32,000 nt of DNA from the NCBI RefSeq assembly GCF_000148385.1, contig NC_014537.1, positions 1,050,001 through 1,082,000 of the forward strand. The letters are read 5' to 3'. This document shows, in pieces, positions 1 through 8,565 of this stretch (positions are counted from its first letter, which is position 1; every line of letters begins with the position of its first letter). The position numbers and the translations under genes were made by a program. The notes under the pieces were generated by a model that was not told where the DNA came from, did no database searches, and saw only the letters and a list, made by a program, of their open reading frames with translations. The DNA comes from Vulcanisaeta distributa DSM 14429. Its GTDB lineage: Archaea > Thermoproteota > Thermoprotei > Thermoproteales > Thermocladiaceae.

Positions 1-494
1 TACTCGGCGATAGAGAGCGGGTGGGTAGGTACTTAACATGGGTCATCAATCACACGTCATCGACCTACGGCTGGGCCGAGGGAATATCAATAATAACCGA
101 GAGGGGCGGACAGGGCGATGCACCGCATGGCTGGGCTGCGGCGGACTTCATAATGCTCATTAGGGATTTAATAATAAATGACCTGTTTGAAGTACCAACA
201 CTGCTCAGGGGCATGCCTGTGGACATACTGAGGCGTGGAGTTACGGCTAGCAATGTATTAACAATGCATGGGCTTGTTAAGAACATTAGTGCATCAATGA
301 GGGATAAGGAGCTCGTAATTAATTACGAAGGCCCCGGTAGATCCATTGGGGATGGACAATACGAATTATTAATTGATTCGCCAATTACTCCTAGGGAGAT
401 TCAATGCAGTGGTTGTAGGTATGAAATGATATTGAGCAATACTGTTAAGGTTATACATAGTGGCAAGTTCACTATTAAGGTGTTAGGTTCGTAG
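1..494 (+). CDS. C-terminal fragment of a six-hairpin glycosidase-like protein (GH15/glucoamylase-type); 5' end lies outside the window
   Basis: The frame of ORF 21..494 stays open back to base 3, so the gene enters from upstream. The motif [19 protein letters not shown] resembles the conserved C-terminal helix region of (alpha/alpha)6 GH15-type enzymes. Assignment is from remembered family motifs only. Confidence 0.35.
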   Translation, partial: LGDRERVGRYLTWVINHTSSTYGWAEGISIITERGGQGDAPHGWAAADFIMLIRDLIINDLFEVPTLLRGMPVDILRRGVTASNVLTMHGLVKNISASMRDKELVINYEGPGRSIGDGQYELLIDSPITPREIQCSGCRYEMILSNTVKVIHSGKFTIKVLGS

Positions 495-524
495 AGTGTA
501 TTCCACCCACTTTTTCGAAGAAAC

Positions 525-536
525 CTTTATTAAATT
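525..536 (+). promoter_or_regulatory. TATA-like box (CTTTATTAAATT) upstream of pyrB
   Basis: An AT-rich box sits about 25 nt upstream of in-frame GTG 553 and TTG 562. The same spacing recurs at many genes in this window. Confidence 0.4.
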
Positions 537-552
537 AGCTGTTGACGTCTTG

Positions 553-1488
553 GTGGGTTCCTTGACCTGGTTTAATCGGGATGTCATAAGCGTGCTGGAT
601 TTCAATAGGGAGGACTTTGAGGTTTTGTTTTCTGAGGCCCTTAATATGGAAAAGTATGCTAAGTCTAGACTCGATATCCTCAGTGATAAGGTCCTTGCCC
701 TGGCATTCTTCGAGCCGAGCACTAGGACTAGGCTTAGCTTTGAGACTGCCATGCTTAGGCTTGGTGGCAGGGTAATAGGCTTTAGCGGTGTTGAGGCTAC
801 GTCGATGGCTAAGGGCGAGAATCTCGCCGACACAATTAGGATGCTTGATGCTTATGCAAACGCCATAGTGATTAGGCACAGCCTTGAGGGCGCGGCAAAA
901 TTCGCGGCTGAGATTGCGGAGTCGCCAGTGATTAATGCAGGTGATGGCTCTCAGAACCACCCGACCCAGGCAATGCTTGACCTATACACGATTTGGCGGG
1001 AGTTTAAGGTGATTGATGGCCTATCCATCGGGATACTCGGCGACCTTAGGTATGCCAGGGTCGTTAACTCACTGGTTCAGGCCCTGTCCTATTACAGGGT
1101 TAGGCTTCACCTAATATCGCCTGAACTGCTAAGGCCTAGGCAGGAGCTTATTGAGTTCATGAATTCAAGGGGCATGAAATATGACTGGACTGATGATCCG
1201 TATAACGTGATTAATGATTTAGACGTGCTGTATGTCGTCAGGATTCAGAGGGAGAGGTTCCCTGACCCGATGGAGTACGAGAAGGTTAAAGGCGCCTACA
1301 AGGTAACGCCCAAGTTAATCGAGAAGGGCAAGCCAAACCTAATAATTCTTCACCCATTGCCCAGGGTTGATGAGGTTGACTTTGCGGTTGATAATATGCC
1401 GCAGGCTAAATACTTCAAACAAGCCAGCCTAGGGGTTCCCCTGCGCATGGCCTTGTTAAAACTCGTGCTTGCTGGTGATAAATCATGA
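553..1488 (+). CDS. pyrB: aspartate carbamoyltransferase catalytic subunit
   Basis: Contains [13 protein letters not shown] (the STRTR carbamoyl-phosphate motif), HPTQ and HPLPRV. The ORF track starts at GTG 496. I prefer GTG 553 (or TTG 562) because of the TATA-like box at 525-536 and because typical PyrB N-termini begin just before the ...RDVISV.DF.REDFE region. The stop overlaps the pyrI start (ATGA). Confidence 0.9.
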   Translation: MGSLTWFNRDVISVLDFNREDFEVLFSEALNMEKYAKSRLDILSDKVLALAFFEPSTRTRLSFETAMLRLGGRVIGFSGVEATSMAKGENLADTIRMLDAYANAIVIRHSLEGAAKFAAEIAESPVINAGDGSQNHPTQAMLDLYTIWREFKVIDGLSIGILGDLRYARVVNSLVQALSYYRVRLHLISPELLRPRQELIEFMNSRGMKYDWTDDPYNVINDLDVLYVVRIQRERFPDPMEYEKVKGAYKVTPKLIEKGKPNLIILHPLPRVDEVDFAVDNMPQAKYFKQASLGVPLRMALLKLVLAGDKS

Positions 1489-1964
1489 GCAGTAAGAGGG
1501 AGTTGATAATTAGTAAGATCAGGGATGGCGTGGTGATCGACCACATACCCGCTGGTAGGGCACTTCTAGTGCTTCGGTTATTGGGTATATCTGGTCGTGA
1601 GGGGTTTAGGGTTGCGTTGGTTATGAATGTGGAGAGTAGGAAGCTGGGCACTAAGGACATCGTTAAGATCGAGGGTAGGGAATTAACTAAGGATGAACTT
1701 AACCTAGTGGCTCTCGTTGCGCCGACAGCCACTGTGAATATAATTAGGGATTATGAGGTCGTCAGCAAGTTTAAGGTGGCGATACCAGACGTGATAGAGG
1801 GATTGCTTAAGTGTAAGAATCCAAGATGCATAACGAACCAGCAGAGGGAACCTGTGAGGAGTAGGTTTCACGTGGTGTCCAGGGAACCACTCAAGCTAGT
1901 GTGTGAGTACTGCGGTACGATGCATGAACTAAGTGATATTGAGAAGTACTTTGGATTGGCGTGA
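1485..1964 (+). CDS. pyrI: aspartate carbamoyltransferase regulatory subunit
   Basis: Has a C-terminal zinc domain, CKNPRCITN...CEYCG. Its size, position directly after pyrB and 4-nt overlap fit PyrI. Confidence 0.9.
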   Translation: MSSKRELIISKIRDGVVIDHIPAGRALLVLRLLGISGREGFRVALVMNVESRKLGTKDIVKIEGRELTKDELNLVALVAPTATVNIIRDYEVVSKFKVAIPDVIEGLLKCKNPRCITNQQREPVRSRFHVVSREPLKLVCEYCGTMHELSDIEKYFGLA

Positions 1965-2581
1965 TGGTAATGATGAATGACGAATTGATAATCGATCTCT
2001 ATAGGATTGGGGCTATTAAGTTTGGGCGTTTTAAATTAACTAGTGGTATTGAGAGTCCGTTTTACGTGGACTTAAGGCTTGCAATAACGTATCCAGACAT
2101 TTATAAACGGTTGATTAAGTCAATGGCAAACCTATTATCGAGTTTCAATATCGATGTTATAGCCGGCATAGAGACGGCCGGCATCCCATGGGCTTCAATG
2201 TTGGCTTACGAGCTTGGCAAGGGCATTATATACGTTAGGAAGGAGGCTAAGGAACATGGTACGACCAGGCTTATCGAGGGTGATTTAAGACGTGGCATGA
2301 GGGTTGCGGTGATCGATGATGTGGTGACTACGGGAGGCTCAATAATTAGAGCCGTTAGAGCCATTAGAGATTATGGTGGTAATGTAGTTGTGGCGGCAGC
2401 CTTTATTGATAGGGAGCAGGGTGGGCTCGATGCCATCAGGAGGGAGGGCGTTAATGCCGTTGCCCTGCTTCGGATTACGGAGGTGATCAACGTCCTCGCT
2501 AAGAATGGATTAATCAGTGATGAGTTACGTAATTCAATAATTAATTATTTGGTGAGCACGCGTGTTAACACAGGTAATTAA
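1961..2581 (+). CDS. pyrE: orotate phosphoribosyltransferase
   Basis: Contains the PRPP-binding motif [13 protein letters not shown]. The N-terminal [16 protein letters not shown] is typical of OPRTase. The GTG start overlaps the pyrI stop (GTGA). Confidence 0.9.
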   Translation: MMVMMNDELIIDLYRIGAIKFGRFKLTSGIESPFYVDLRLAITYPDIYKRLIKSMANLLSSFNIDVIAGIETAGIPWASMLAYELGKGIIYVRKEAKEHGTTRLIEGDLRRGMRVAVIDDVVTTGGSIIRAVRAIRDYGGNVVVAAAFIDREQGGLDAIRREGVNAVALLRITEVINVLAKNGLISDELRNSIINYLVSTRVNTGN

Positions 2582-3524
2582 ACTAATTAATTACCTGCCC
2601 CCTGAATTCACCTACGAGACCTCACATGCGCTCATTAGGAGTGGTATTGTTAATTACCGCGGTTATGAATTTGAAATGCCCGTTGAGGTTAATGGTAAGT
2701 CCATTAAAAATCCAATAGGACTTGGTGCGGGTATTGATAAGGATGGGTTTTTAGCCCCATGGATTGCGCGGGCGGGTATTGGCTTCATAACCATTGGCTC
2801 AATCACACTTAAGCCACGCCCTGGCAATCCCAAGCCGCGTATTGTTAAGTACCCAGGTTTAAAGGCCATGGTTAACGCCATGGGTCTACCATCGAGGGGC
2901 TTTACAGACTTCGTAAGTCGATTACCGGGCATTCTTAGTAAGCTGCGTAGACTTGGTGCTTACGTAATTATTAGCTTGGCGGGATTTTCAATTGGTGAGT
3001 TTATGTACATGCTTAATGGATTGAGGGGTTATGACGTGGATGCCGTGGAATTAAATATTAGTAGCCCTACTTACCGTGGTTCATGGGTAACGGATAGGGA
3101 GTACCTGGGCGAATTACTCAGGAGTGTTGAGGCGTTTCCAGGCGTATTATTCGTAAAACTACCTCTTGGAGTTGATATTGAGTTTTACAGGTGGGTGGTG
3201 AACGTAGCTGAAAAGCGTGGGTTTGGGCTAACAATAGCCAATACCCTGCCAATTAAGGAGCCTGGTATTTCCGTTGGTTATGGCGGGTTAAGTGGCTATC
3301 CAATATACCCAATTGTTAAGTCATTAATTGTTAAGGTTAGGAGGTGGGGCTTTAGGAACCCAATCATTGGTCTTGGCGGTGTCTTTCACGGGCGGCAGGT
3401 AGTCGATTTATTAAGGAATGGCGCCGACATGGTTGGTGTGGTTACGGCATTCGCATACGAGGGTCCCTTCGTGTTTAATAGATTGTTTAAAGAGGTGTTA
3501 ATGGGTCTGAGTGAAAGGCTTTAA
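2562..3524 (+). CDS. pyrD: dihydroorotate dehydrogenase, class-2-like (Ser catalytic base)
   Basis: NPIGLGAGIDKDG, KPRPGNPKPRI, NAMGLPSRG and ELNISSPTY (Ser rather than Cys at the catalytic-base position) align by eye with E. coli PyrD motifs GLAAGLDKDG, PRPQPGNDKPRL, NRMGFNNLG and NISSPNTPG. The gene overlaps pyrE by 20 nt. Confidence 0.85.
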   Translation: MLTQVIKLINYLPPEFTYETSHALIRSGIVNYRGYEFEMPVEVNGKSIKNPIGLGAGIDKDGFLAPWIARAGIGFITIGSITLKPRPGNPKPRIVKYPGLKAMVNAMGLPSRGFTDFVSRLPGILSKLRRLGAYVIISLAGFSIGEFMYMLNGLRGYDVDAVELNISSPTYRGSWVTDREYLGELLRSVEAFPGVLFVKLPLGVDIEFYRWVVNVAEKRGFGLTIANTLPIKEPGISVGYGGLSGYPIYPIVKSLIVKVRRWGFRNPIIGLGGVFHGRQVVDLLRNGADMVGVVTAFAYEGPFVFNRLFKEVLMGLSERL

Positions 3525-3532
3525 TAATTATT
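3519..3532 (+). promoter_or_regulatory. TATA-like box (CTTTAATAATTATT) upstream of the M50 protease gene
   Basis: Centred about 25 nt upstream of ATG 3549. It overlaps the pyrD stop codon. Confidence 0.35.
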
Positions 3533-3548
3533 CAATCACCGTGTCTTG

Positions 3549-4178
3549 ATGAACATTAATTATTGGGGCGGTGGTTACGGAGTACCGTTTAGGCCGTATA
3601 GGCATGAGGTCAGGGATATCCTGATCGCCTTGGTCGCCATGACAATAGCCTTCGCCCTACTCTTCAATACGTTACTTAGCATTGGTGGCCTAGTGGCAAC
3701 ATTCATTGCCGTATTAACGGGCTTCCTCGGTCATGAGTTAATGCATAGGGAGGTGGCGAGGAGATTGGGTTACATAGCCTATTTCAGGGCTTGGTGGATT
3801 GGCCTATTGCTGGCCCTCGTCACGGCATTGACAAGGTTCTTCATAATAGCCACGCCAGGCGCCACGGTGATAGGTCCAAAGGTTTGGGGCTATCCATCAA
3901 GAAGTGATGAGTTGAAGATAGCCCTTGCCGGCCCAGCCACAAACATAGTCTTCGCGGTAGTGTTCCTGCCGCTTTGGTTATTACTGCCCAGTCCCTTCTC
4001 CTTCTATGCCAATATCATATACGCAACCAACGCATGGCTTGGCTTCTTTAACATGTTACCACTTGCGTTGCCGGGCATAATGCTCGATGGGTTTAGGGTA
4101 TTTAGGAGAGACGTTAGAGTTTGGGTCATAACCTTTGTAATATCTGTTGTATTGTTGATACCCAGCTTTATCCTGTAG
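3549..4178 (+). CDS. M50-family (site-2 protease-like) membrane metalloprotease
   Basis: The HExxH motif GHELMHREVARRLG sits in a hydrophobic helix and the protein has several predicted TM segments. The ORF track begins at TTG 3546, and ATG 3549 is the next codon. Confidence 0.7.
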   Translation: MNINYWGGGYGVPFRPYRHEVRDILIALVAMTIAFALLFNTLLSIGGLVATFIAVLTGFLGHELMHREVARRLGYIAYFRAWWIGLLLALVTALTRFFIIATPGATVIGPKVWGYPSRSDELKIALAGPATNIVFAVVFLPLWLLLPSPFSFYANIIYATNAWLGFFNMLPLALPGIMLDGFRVFRRDVRVWVITFVISVVLLIPSFIL

Positions 4179-4190
4179 TACCATGGCAAG

Positions 4191-4199
4191 GATTATAAC
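4191..4199 (+). promoter_or_regulatory. TATA-like box (GATTATAAC)
   Basis: Centred about 26 nt upstream of GTG 4221. Confidence 0.35.
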
Positions 4200-4220
4200 T
4201 AGCCCATTGTTGCAATAACT

Positions 4221-5468
4221 GTGAAATTTAATTATGAAATAATTAATGAGGACTCCAACATAGCCGTCGTAACCCTCTGGAGCAGTATAAACCAGGTTAA
4301 GGGGCTCCTTGGCAATTCAATAGGCCTCGTTGGCGTTATAGGCAATCTATACACACCAGTCGGTATTAATTATATGATAGCCACCCTAGCCAGGATGAAT
4401 TGGGTTGATACGTTGATAGTCTACGGCCTTGATTACAATGGTGTTGGTGAATTATTAATTCGTTTCTTTAAGGATGGGGTATTAGACGTATTATTAGTGG
4501 ATAAGGATGTTGCGGATAATGTTAGGTCTACGGTGAGGGTGTTAGATCTCAGGGAAGCATTTAAGGCGCGCAATGCCGACTTATTGATAAAGGCTGTCCA
4601 TGAGAACTACAGGCCTGGGCGTAGGCCTGTTAGGCCTTCAATGAATGTGGAGGTTCGTGAGAATGAGCGTGGTGGTGGTTGGGTGTTGCCGTTGGTTGGT
4701 GGCTTCATTTATGAGAGGGATACCTACAGGTCCTGGGTTAAGCTTGTGGATTTAGTGTTGAATTACGGCTTTGATAAGGGTGATTATAGGGAGTTAATAA
4801 CGCCGTTGGTGGTAATAGACTCCGTGGGCAAACCGCACCCATTCAGGAGACTCAGTGAGGCTGGGCTTAAGGGTTTTGAGCCACCTGTTGAGGTGGTTGA
4901 TGCCATGATCAGGGAATTGAGGGTCAATCCATACTCAATGAATGCTACTTATTACGGGGGTGATTACTTGGTTCAGGGCGTTATAAGCGGTGATTACTAC
5001 AACCAAGTGGTTTATTTAAAGAGCGTTGATGTGCTCAATGACTGGTGCAGGCAGTTATATAGGTGGTGGTCCCTTGCAAAGAGAATTGTTGAGACCCTGA
5101 ATGGGGAATTCAATGCCTGGTACAGCGTGGGCTCCATAGCCGTAATACCGTTCTCTGCCAGAATATACGTTAAGGACCTGGGTAGGGCTGAGGAGTTCGT
5201 GAGGAGGAACGCCAACGTGTTCAGCGAGTTCGTTGAGGACCCAAGGGGTAACTTCCTGGTGATGAGGGAGGGTGAGTCAGTGGTTGTTGAGCATAGGTTA
5301 CCAATCACGAATTCCCTGCACAGGAGGTTCTCGTTTAACTCCCTTGAGGAGGCATATAACGTACTTAAGAATAGCAATCACTTCACCAATTACTCACACG
5401 CCATGTACCTTGGTAAGGAGTTGGCAAGGGCATTCCTACTCAGGGATTATGAGCAGGACAAACTATGA
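4221..5468 (+). CDS. uncharacterised two-domain protein; C-terminal half may have a thymidylate-synthase/dCMP-hydroxymethylase-like fold
   Basis: This 415-aa ORF lies directly downstream of the pyr/M50 block. VVYLKSVDVLNDW and SARIYVKDL loosely recall the ThyA motifs LYQRSxDVFLGxPFN and GDxHIYxNH, but no Cys sits at the expected catalytic position. The resemblance is weak and seen by eye only. Confidence 0.3.
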   Translation: MKFNYEIINEDSNIAVVTLWSSINQVKGLLGNSIGLVGVIGNLYTPVGINYMIATLARMNWVDTLIVYGLDYNGVGELLIRFFKDGVLDVLLVDKDVADNVRSTVRVLDLREAFKARNADLLIKAVHENYRPGRRPVRPSMNVEVRENERGGGWVLPLVGGFIYERDTYRSWVKLVDLVLNYGFDKGDYRELITPLVVIDSVGKPHPFRRLSEAGLKGFEPPVEVVDAMIRELRVNPYSMNATYYGGDYLVQGVISGDYYNQVVYLKSVDVLNDWCRQLYRWWSLAKRIVETLNGEFNAWYSVGSIAVIPFSARIYVKDLGRAEEFVRRNANVFSEFVEDPRGNFLVMREGESVVVEHRLPITNSLHRRFSFNSLEEAYNVLKNSNHFTNYSHAMYLGKELARAFLLRDYEQDKL

Positions 5469-5506
5469 TTTACGTGAAGTAAGGGATAAAGGGACCCAAC
5501 CCATGA

Positions 5507-6925
5507 ATGAGGTATATGATTAAAGCGAATAGCCAAATGATTAAAGACTTGAAATTCCTTGGTGCATTGTCGTCAATCCTATTAATAATAGGTTCAATAA
5601 AATTCACGGCCCACGAGGTTCCCGCAATCCTCGGCTTATTGACATTATTATACGTATTCAGGACATACGGCCTAACAGGTCGATTCCATAATGCCAAGCT
5701 TGCATTGATGATGATGATCACGAACATATTACTTACATATACGGCAGCCGCAGTTATAACTGGGTTCTACGGACCTATTAAAGTTACGATTATTCAATCA
5801 CACGCAATCATGAACCTATCACCTAACATGCCTATGTGGCTGAGGTATCCATCAAATCAAGTGGCACTTGTTTATTCATTGATGGCTGCGGCATGGCCCT
5901 TAATAATTGCTTACTCATACTTTCTCTATCGCTCAATTGATGGGTTGAGTAGGATACATAAATATGCGGGTGTTCTGCTTATGATTGGCGCGGCGCTCTA
6001 TATAGCCTTAATCGGCGCCTTCATAATGCTCATAGCATATGCACTGCTCCTCATTGCCTGGTTAATGCCTATTAACGGGTTAAAAGATAATGAACCCATC
6101 AACTTTACGAGGAGGCACGCCATAAGGATAGTTGCTTGGTCAATGGCGCTCTCATTAATGGCTCTAGTAGTATCATCGTCATTATTATTCACATCACTAA
6201 ATCCGCAGTACTACGGATTAGACCCAATAAACATTCTCATATTCACCGTTAAGCACTTCACGGCCTATACAGCATTGACTAACTACTCAATAATAGAGAT
6301 AGGCATTACCAACCAAACACATGTGCCTAATTCAATATCCATATTAGGTTATGTCGGGGTAGCCCTCCAACCCTACTCCATCAGGGTGGGTATAGGCACG
6401 AATTCCTGTTCAAACATAATGATCGCGGCGCCCACGAGTACGTATAAGACAAATTACACTATACCAATCGAAATACCGCCAACACCACCCACATTTAGTC
6501 CCGAGCCACAGGTGATTTACGAAGGTACTGCCGTTAGAACGATTATTAAATCAAATGAAGTCTCGTGGATCTACGTACCCGCATTATCCATGGGTAATCA
6601 CGTACCAGTACCGAACGGCTTCCTACTCAACTGCATGGTCAACAACTATAACTATGTGTTTCCAATAAACATAACAATAATCGCAATAACCAATGTCAGT
6701 AGTAATTACTTCATGACTAATTATAGGATGAGTTATGTGAAGACTTTGTTCATAATTAACAGAACAACAATAAGGTTAGTTAACGAAAGTAATGGCACGT
6801 TTATAGAGTCATCCGTCAATTACGTAAACGTAGTACCGATAATCTATTTACCGTTATTTATTTACTACCTTGTTTATGACCGTGATTTCTATAGAAAATT
6901 ATTTATTGGGGGCGAAGGGCCTTAA
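5507..6925 (+). CDS. polytopic membrane protein with a sequon-rich extracellular C-terminal domain
   Basis: The N-terminal half is made of hydrophobic helices and possibly resembles archaeal small-membrane-protein families such as DUF996. The C-terminal half is rich in NxS/T sequons and ends in a hydrophobic segment (VVPIIYLPLFIYYLV). Confidence 0.6.
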   Translation: MRYMIKANSQMIKDLKFLGALSSILLIIGSIKFTAHEVPAILGLLTLLYVFRTYGLTGRFHNAKLALMMMITNILLTYTAAAVITGFYGPIKVTIIQSHAIMNLSPNMPMWLRYPSNQVALVYSLMAAAWPLIIAYSYFLYRSIDGLSRIHKYAGVLLMIGAALYIALIGAFIMLIAYALLLIAWLMPINGLKDNEPINFTRRHAIRIVAWSMALSLMALVVSSSLLFTSLNPQYYGLDPINILIFTVKHFTAYTALTNYSIIEIGITNQTHVPNSISILGYVGVALQPYSIRVGIGTNSCSNIMIAAPTSTYKTNYTIPIEIPPTPPTFSPEPQVIYEGTAVRTIIKSNEVSWIYVPALSMGNHVPVPNGFLLNCMVNNYNYVFPINITIIAITNVSSNYFMTNYRMSYVKTLFIINRTTIRLVNESNGTFIESSVNYVNVVPIIYLPLFIYYLVYDRDFYRKLFIGGEGP

Positions 6926-6938
6926 GCACTGGTTATTC

Positions 6939-7199
6939 ATGGTTAGGAAGAAGCCGTACCCACATAACAACGACATACTAAACGCAATGCTTAGGGTATT
7001 CTCCAGGGAACCCTTCATAAAGCCAATAGACTTCCCGGACAAGGTCCGTGATGAACTCGAGAAGGAGGGCTTCTACGTAGGCCTTGTCTCCACAAAACGC
7101 ATCTGGAGGATTTATGAGGAGGCCGTCAAAAGGGGCCTGATCTATGATTACTTAGGTGTGGTAATTGGCTACGGTTATGGTGAATATTGGGAGGAGTAG
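6939..7199 (+). CDS. small hypothetical protein (86 aa)
   Basis: ORF track 6870..7199. The internal ATG 6939 (MVRKKPYPHNN...) avoids overlap with the upstream gene. No family was recognised. Confidence 0.45.
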   Translation: MVRKKPYPHNNDILNAMLRVFSREPFIKPIDFPDKVRDELEKEGFYVGLVSTKRIWRIYEEAVKRGLIYDYLGVVIGYGYGEYWEE

Positions 7200-7233
7200 G
7201 CATTACAATGAGGATACATTGATCATGGTTATA

Positions 7234-7253
7234 CGTTTAGAAATTTCTAAACG
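7234..7253. repeat. perfect 20-nt palindrome CGTTTAGAAATTTCTAAACG between convergent genes (possible bidirectional terminator hairpin or binding site)
   Basis: The first 10 nt are the exact reverse complement of the last 10 nt. It lies between the 3' ends of 6939..7199(+) and 7288..8262(-). Confidence 0.5.
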
Positions 7254-7287
7254 AAGACCAAAGCAACCATTAACTCGTGGGCATGCC

Positions 7288-8262
7288 CTACACGTAATCA
7301 TCCCTATTGACCCTATTCATGGGCACCTCTCTCCTAAGGTACCTAATTACGTTCTCCACAGCCCTAATTATTGCATACTCGGCTATCTCCCTCTGGGCCC
7401 CACCGGCTATGTGCGGCGTGCCCAGGAAGTTGGGTAACGCCGTTAATGGCGTCCTCGGTGGTATCTCCTCACGCCCATCGTGTACCCACCAAACGTCGGT
7501 GCCAAACCTAATGTCCTGCCTCTCCTTAAGAACCCTGTACAGCTCCTCCTCCTTAACCACGTCACCACGCCCAACGTTCACCACAATGGCGCCACGCTTT
7601 AATGCCCTAAGCTCCCTCTCACCAATCAAGCCCCTCGTATACTTATTAAGTGGTAGTGCTATCGCCACTATGTCAGCCCTCGGTAATACATCGAGCAACT
7701 TATCTGTTGGGTAAACTTCATCGAAGTACTCAGCAGGTTTACCGCTCCTGTTAATGCCTATGTTGTAGGTCCTGAATCCCTCCTTACCAATCCTTGCTAT
7801 TTCCCTTCCAATACCGCCGGTGCCAAGGACGAGTAGTGTTGACTCGGTGATTTTATGGGGGCTCGTTAACTCACTGTTTAGGTATTCCCTGGCATTAAGC
7901 GTGGGCTTGTGCAGTCCCTTGGCGAGCGTTAGTATCATCGCCCATGCATGCTCAGCCACTGGCACTGAGTAAGCCCCTGCATTACTGTAGATCTCTATGT
8001 TGTTTGGTATTGCGGCGAATGGTAGGTGGTCAACACCTGCCGAGAATGTCTGTATCATTTTCAATTGGGGCATGTATTTAATGTTACTAGTCAAGTCAAA
8101 CTCCCTACCGCACCAGCACATTAGTATCTCGGCCTTGGATAATGCGTTCAATTGCTCATCCTTACCCAATTTCGGTAGTTCGTAGAGGTCTGCATTATAA
8201 CTCCTTAGCATTTCCCTAGCCTTTTCAGGTAATTCTACCGTACTGACTATGGTTGTTGCCAT
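7288..8262 (-). CDS. D-isomer-specific 2-hydroxyacid dehydrogenase family (glyoxylate/hydroxypyruvate reductase or PGDH-like)
   Basis: Has the NAD-binding motif VLGTGGIGREIARIG. VNVGRGDVVKEEEL and LGTPHIAGG (catalytic His region) are typical of the family. Confidence 0.85.
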   Translation of the reverse strand: MATTIVSTVELPEKAREMLRSYNADLYELPKLGKDEQLNALSKAEILMCWCGREFDLTSNIKYMPQLKMIQTFSAGVDHLPFAAIPNNIEIYSNAGAYSVPVAEHAWAMILTLAKGLHKPTLNAREYLNSELTSPHKITESTLLVLGTGGIGREIARIGKEGFRTYNIGINRSGKPAEYFDEVYPTDKLLDVLPRADIVAIALPLNKYTRGLIGERELRALKRGAIVVNVGRGDVVKEEELYRVLKERQDIRFGTDVWWVHDGREEIPPRTPLTALPNFLGTPHIAGGAQREIAEYAIIRAVENVIRYLRREVPMNRVNRDDYV

Positions 8263-8304
8263 CTAAATTGGGGCAATTGCTGACTTATTTAATCTTTCAC
8301 GGGC

Positions 8305-8317
8305 AAAAATACTTTTA
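8305..8317 (+). promoter_or_regulatory. TATA-like box (AAAAATACTTTTA) upstream of uS14
   Basis: Centred about 30 nt upstream of ATG 8343. Confidence 0.35.
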
Positions 8318-8342
8318 ACTGGGCTTTCTTCCGAGTGCGTGA

Positions 8343-8507
8343 ATGGCGAAGATAAAGCCACCGAAGGAGCGTAAGTATGGGAGAGCAGTCATTAGGTGTC
8401 AAAGATGTGGTACTCATGAGGCAGTCATTAGGAAGTACGGGCTTTACCTATGCAGGAGGTGCTTCAGGGAGGTAGCACCGCAACTGGGGTTTAGGAAGTA
8501 CTACTAG
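8343..8507 (+). CDS. rps14: 30S ribosomal protein uS14 (zinc-binding, type Z / eS29-like), 54 aa
   Basis: Absent from the ORF track because it is under 60 aa. My own translation is [54 protein letters not shown]. The CxxC...CxxC zinc ribbon and the C-terminal GFRKY motif are characteristic of archaeal S14. Confidence 0.9.
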   Translation: MAKIKPPKERKYGRAVIRCQRCGTHEAVIRKYGLYLCRRCFREVAPQLGFRKYY

Positions 8508-8535
8508 GTATTCATTCTCCATCACAATACCTAGG

Positions 8536-8544
8536 GATTATAAG
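8536..8544 (+). promoter_or_regulatory. TATA-like box (GATTATAAG)
   Basis: Centred about 26 nt upstream of ATG 8566. Confidence 0.4.
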
Positions 8545-8565
8545 CACAAATGCGCCTAGTTAATT

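Noticed and set aside
496-552. ORF-track start of pyrB at GTG 496
   Set aside because: It would add about 19 atypical N-terminal residues ([19 protein letters not shown]) and would place the TATA-like box inside the coding region. It cannot be excluded without experimental data.
65-1732. Track ORFs 65..286(-), 483..833(-), 535..960(-), 1350..1544(-), 1415..1732(-)
   Set aside because: These are antisense shadows inside the well-supported glycosidase-like, pyrB and pyrI genes. Their translations are low-complexity and Ser/Leu/Pro/Arg-rich, with no motifs.
2663-6192. Track ORFs 2663..2932(-), 4004..4189(-), 5012..5377(-), 5272..5523(+), 5470..5727(-), 5998..6192(-)
   Set aside because: They overlap stronger same-locus genes (pyrD, M50, 4221..5468, 5507..6925) on the opposite strand or in an alternative frame, and they have no recognisable motifs.
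7165-8185. Track ORFs 7165..7437(+), 7307..7714(+), 7997..8185(+)
   Set aside because: They are antisense to the motif-rich 2-hydroxyacid dehydrogenase gene. 7165..7437 also spans the convergent intergenic palindrome.
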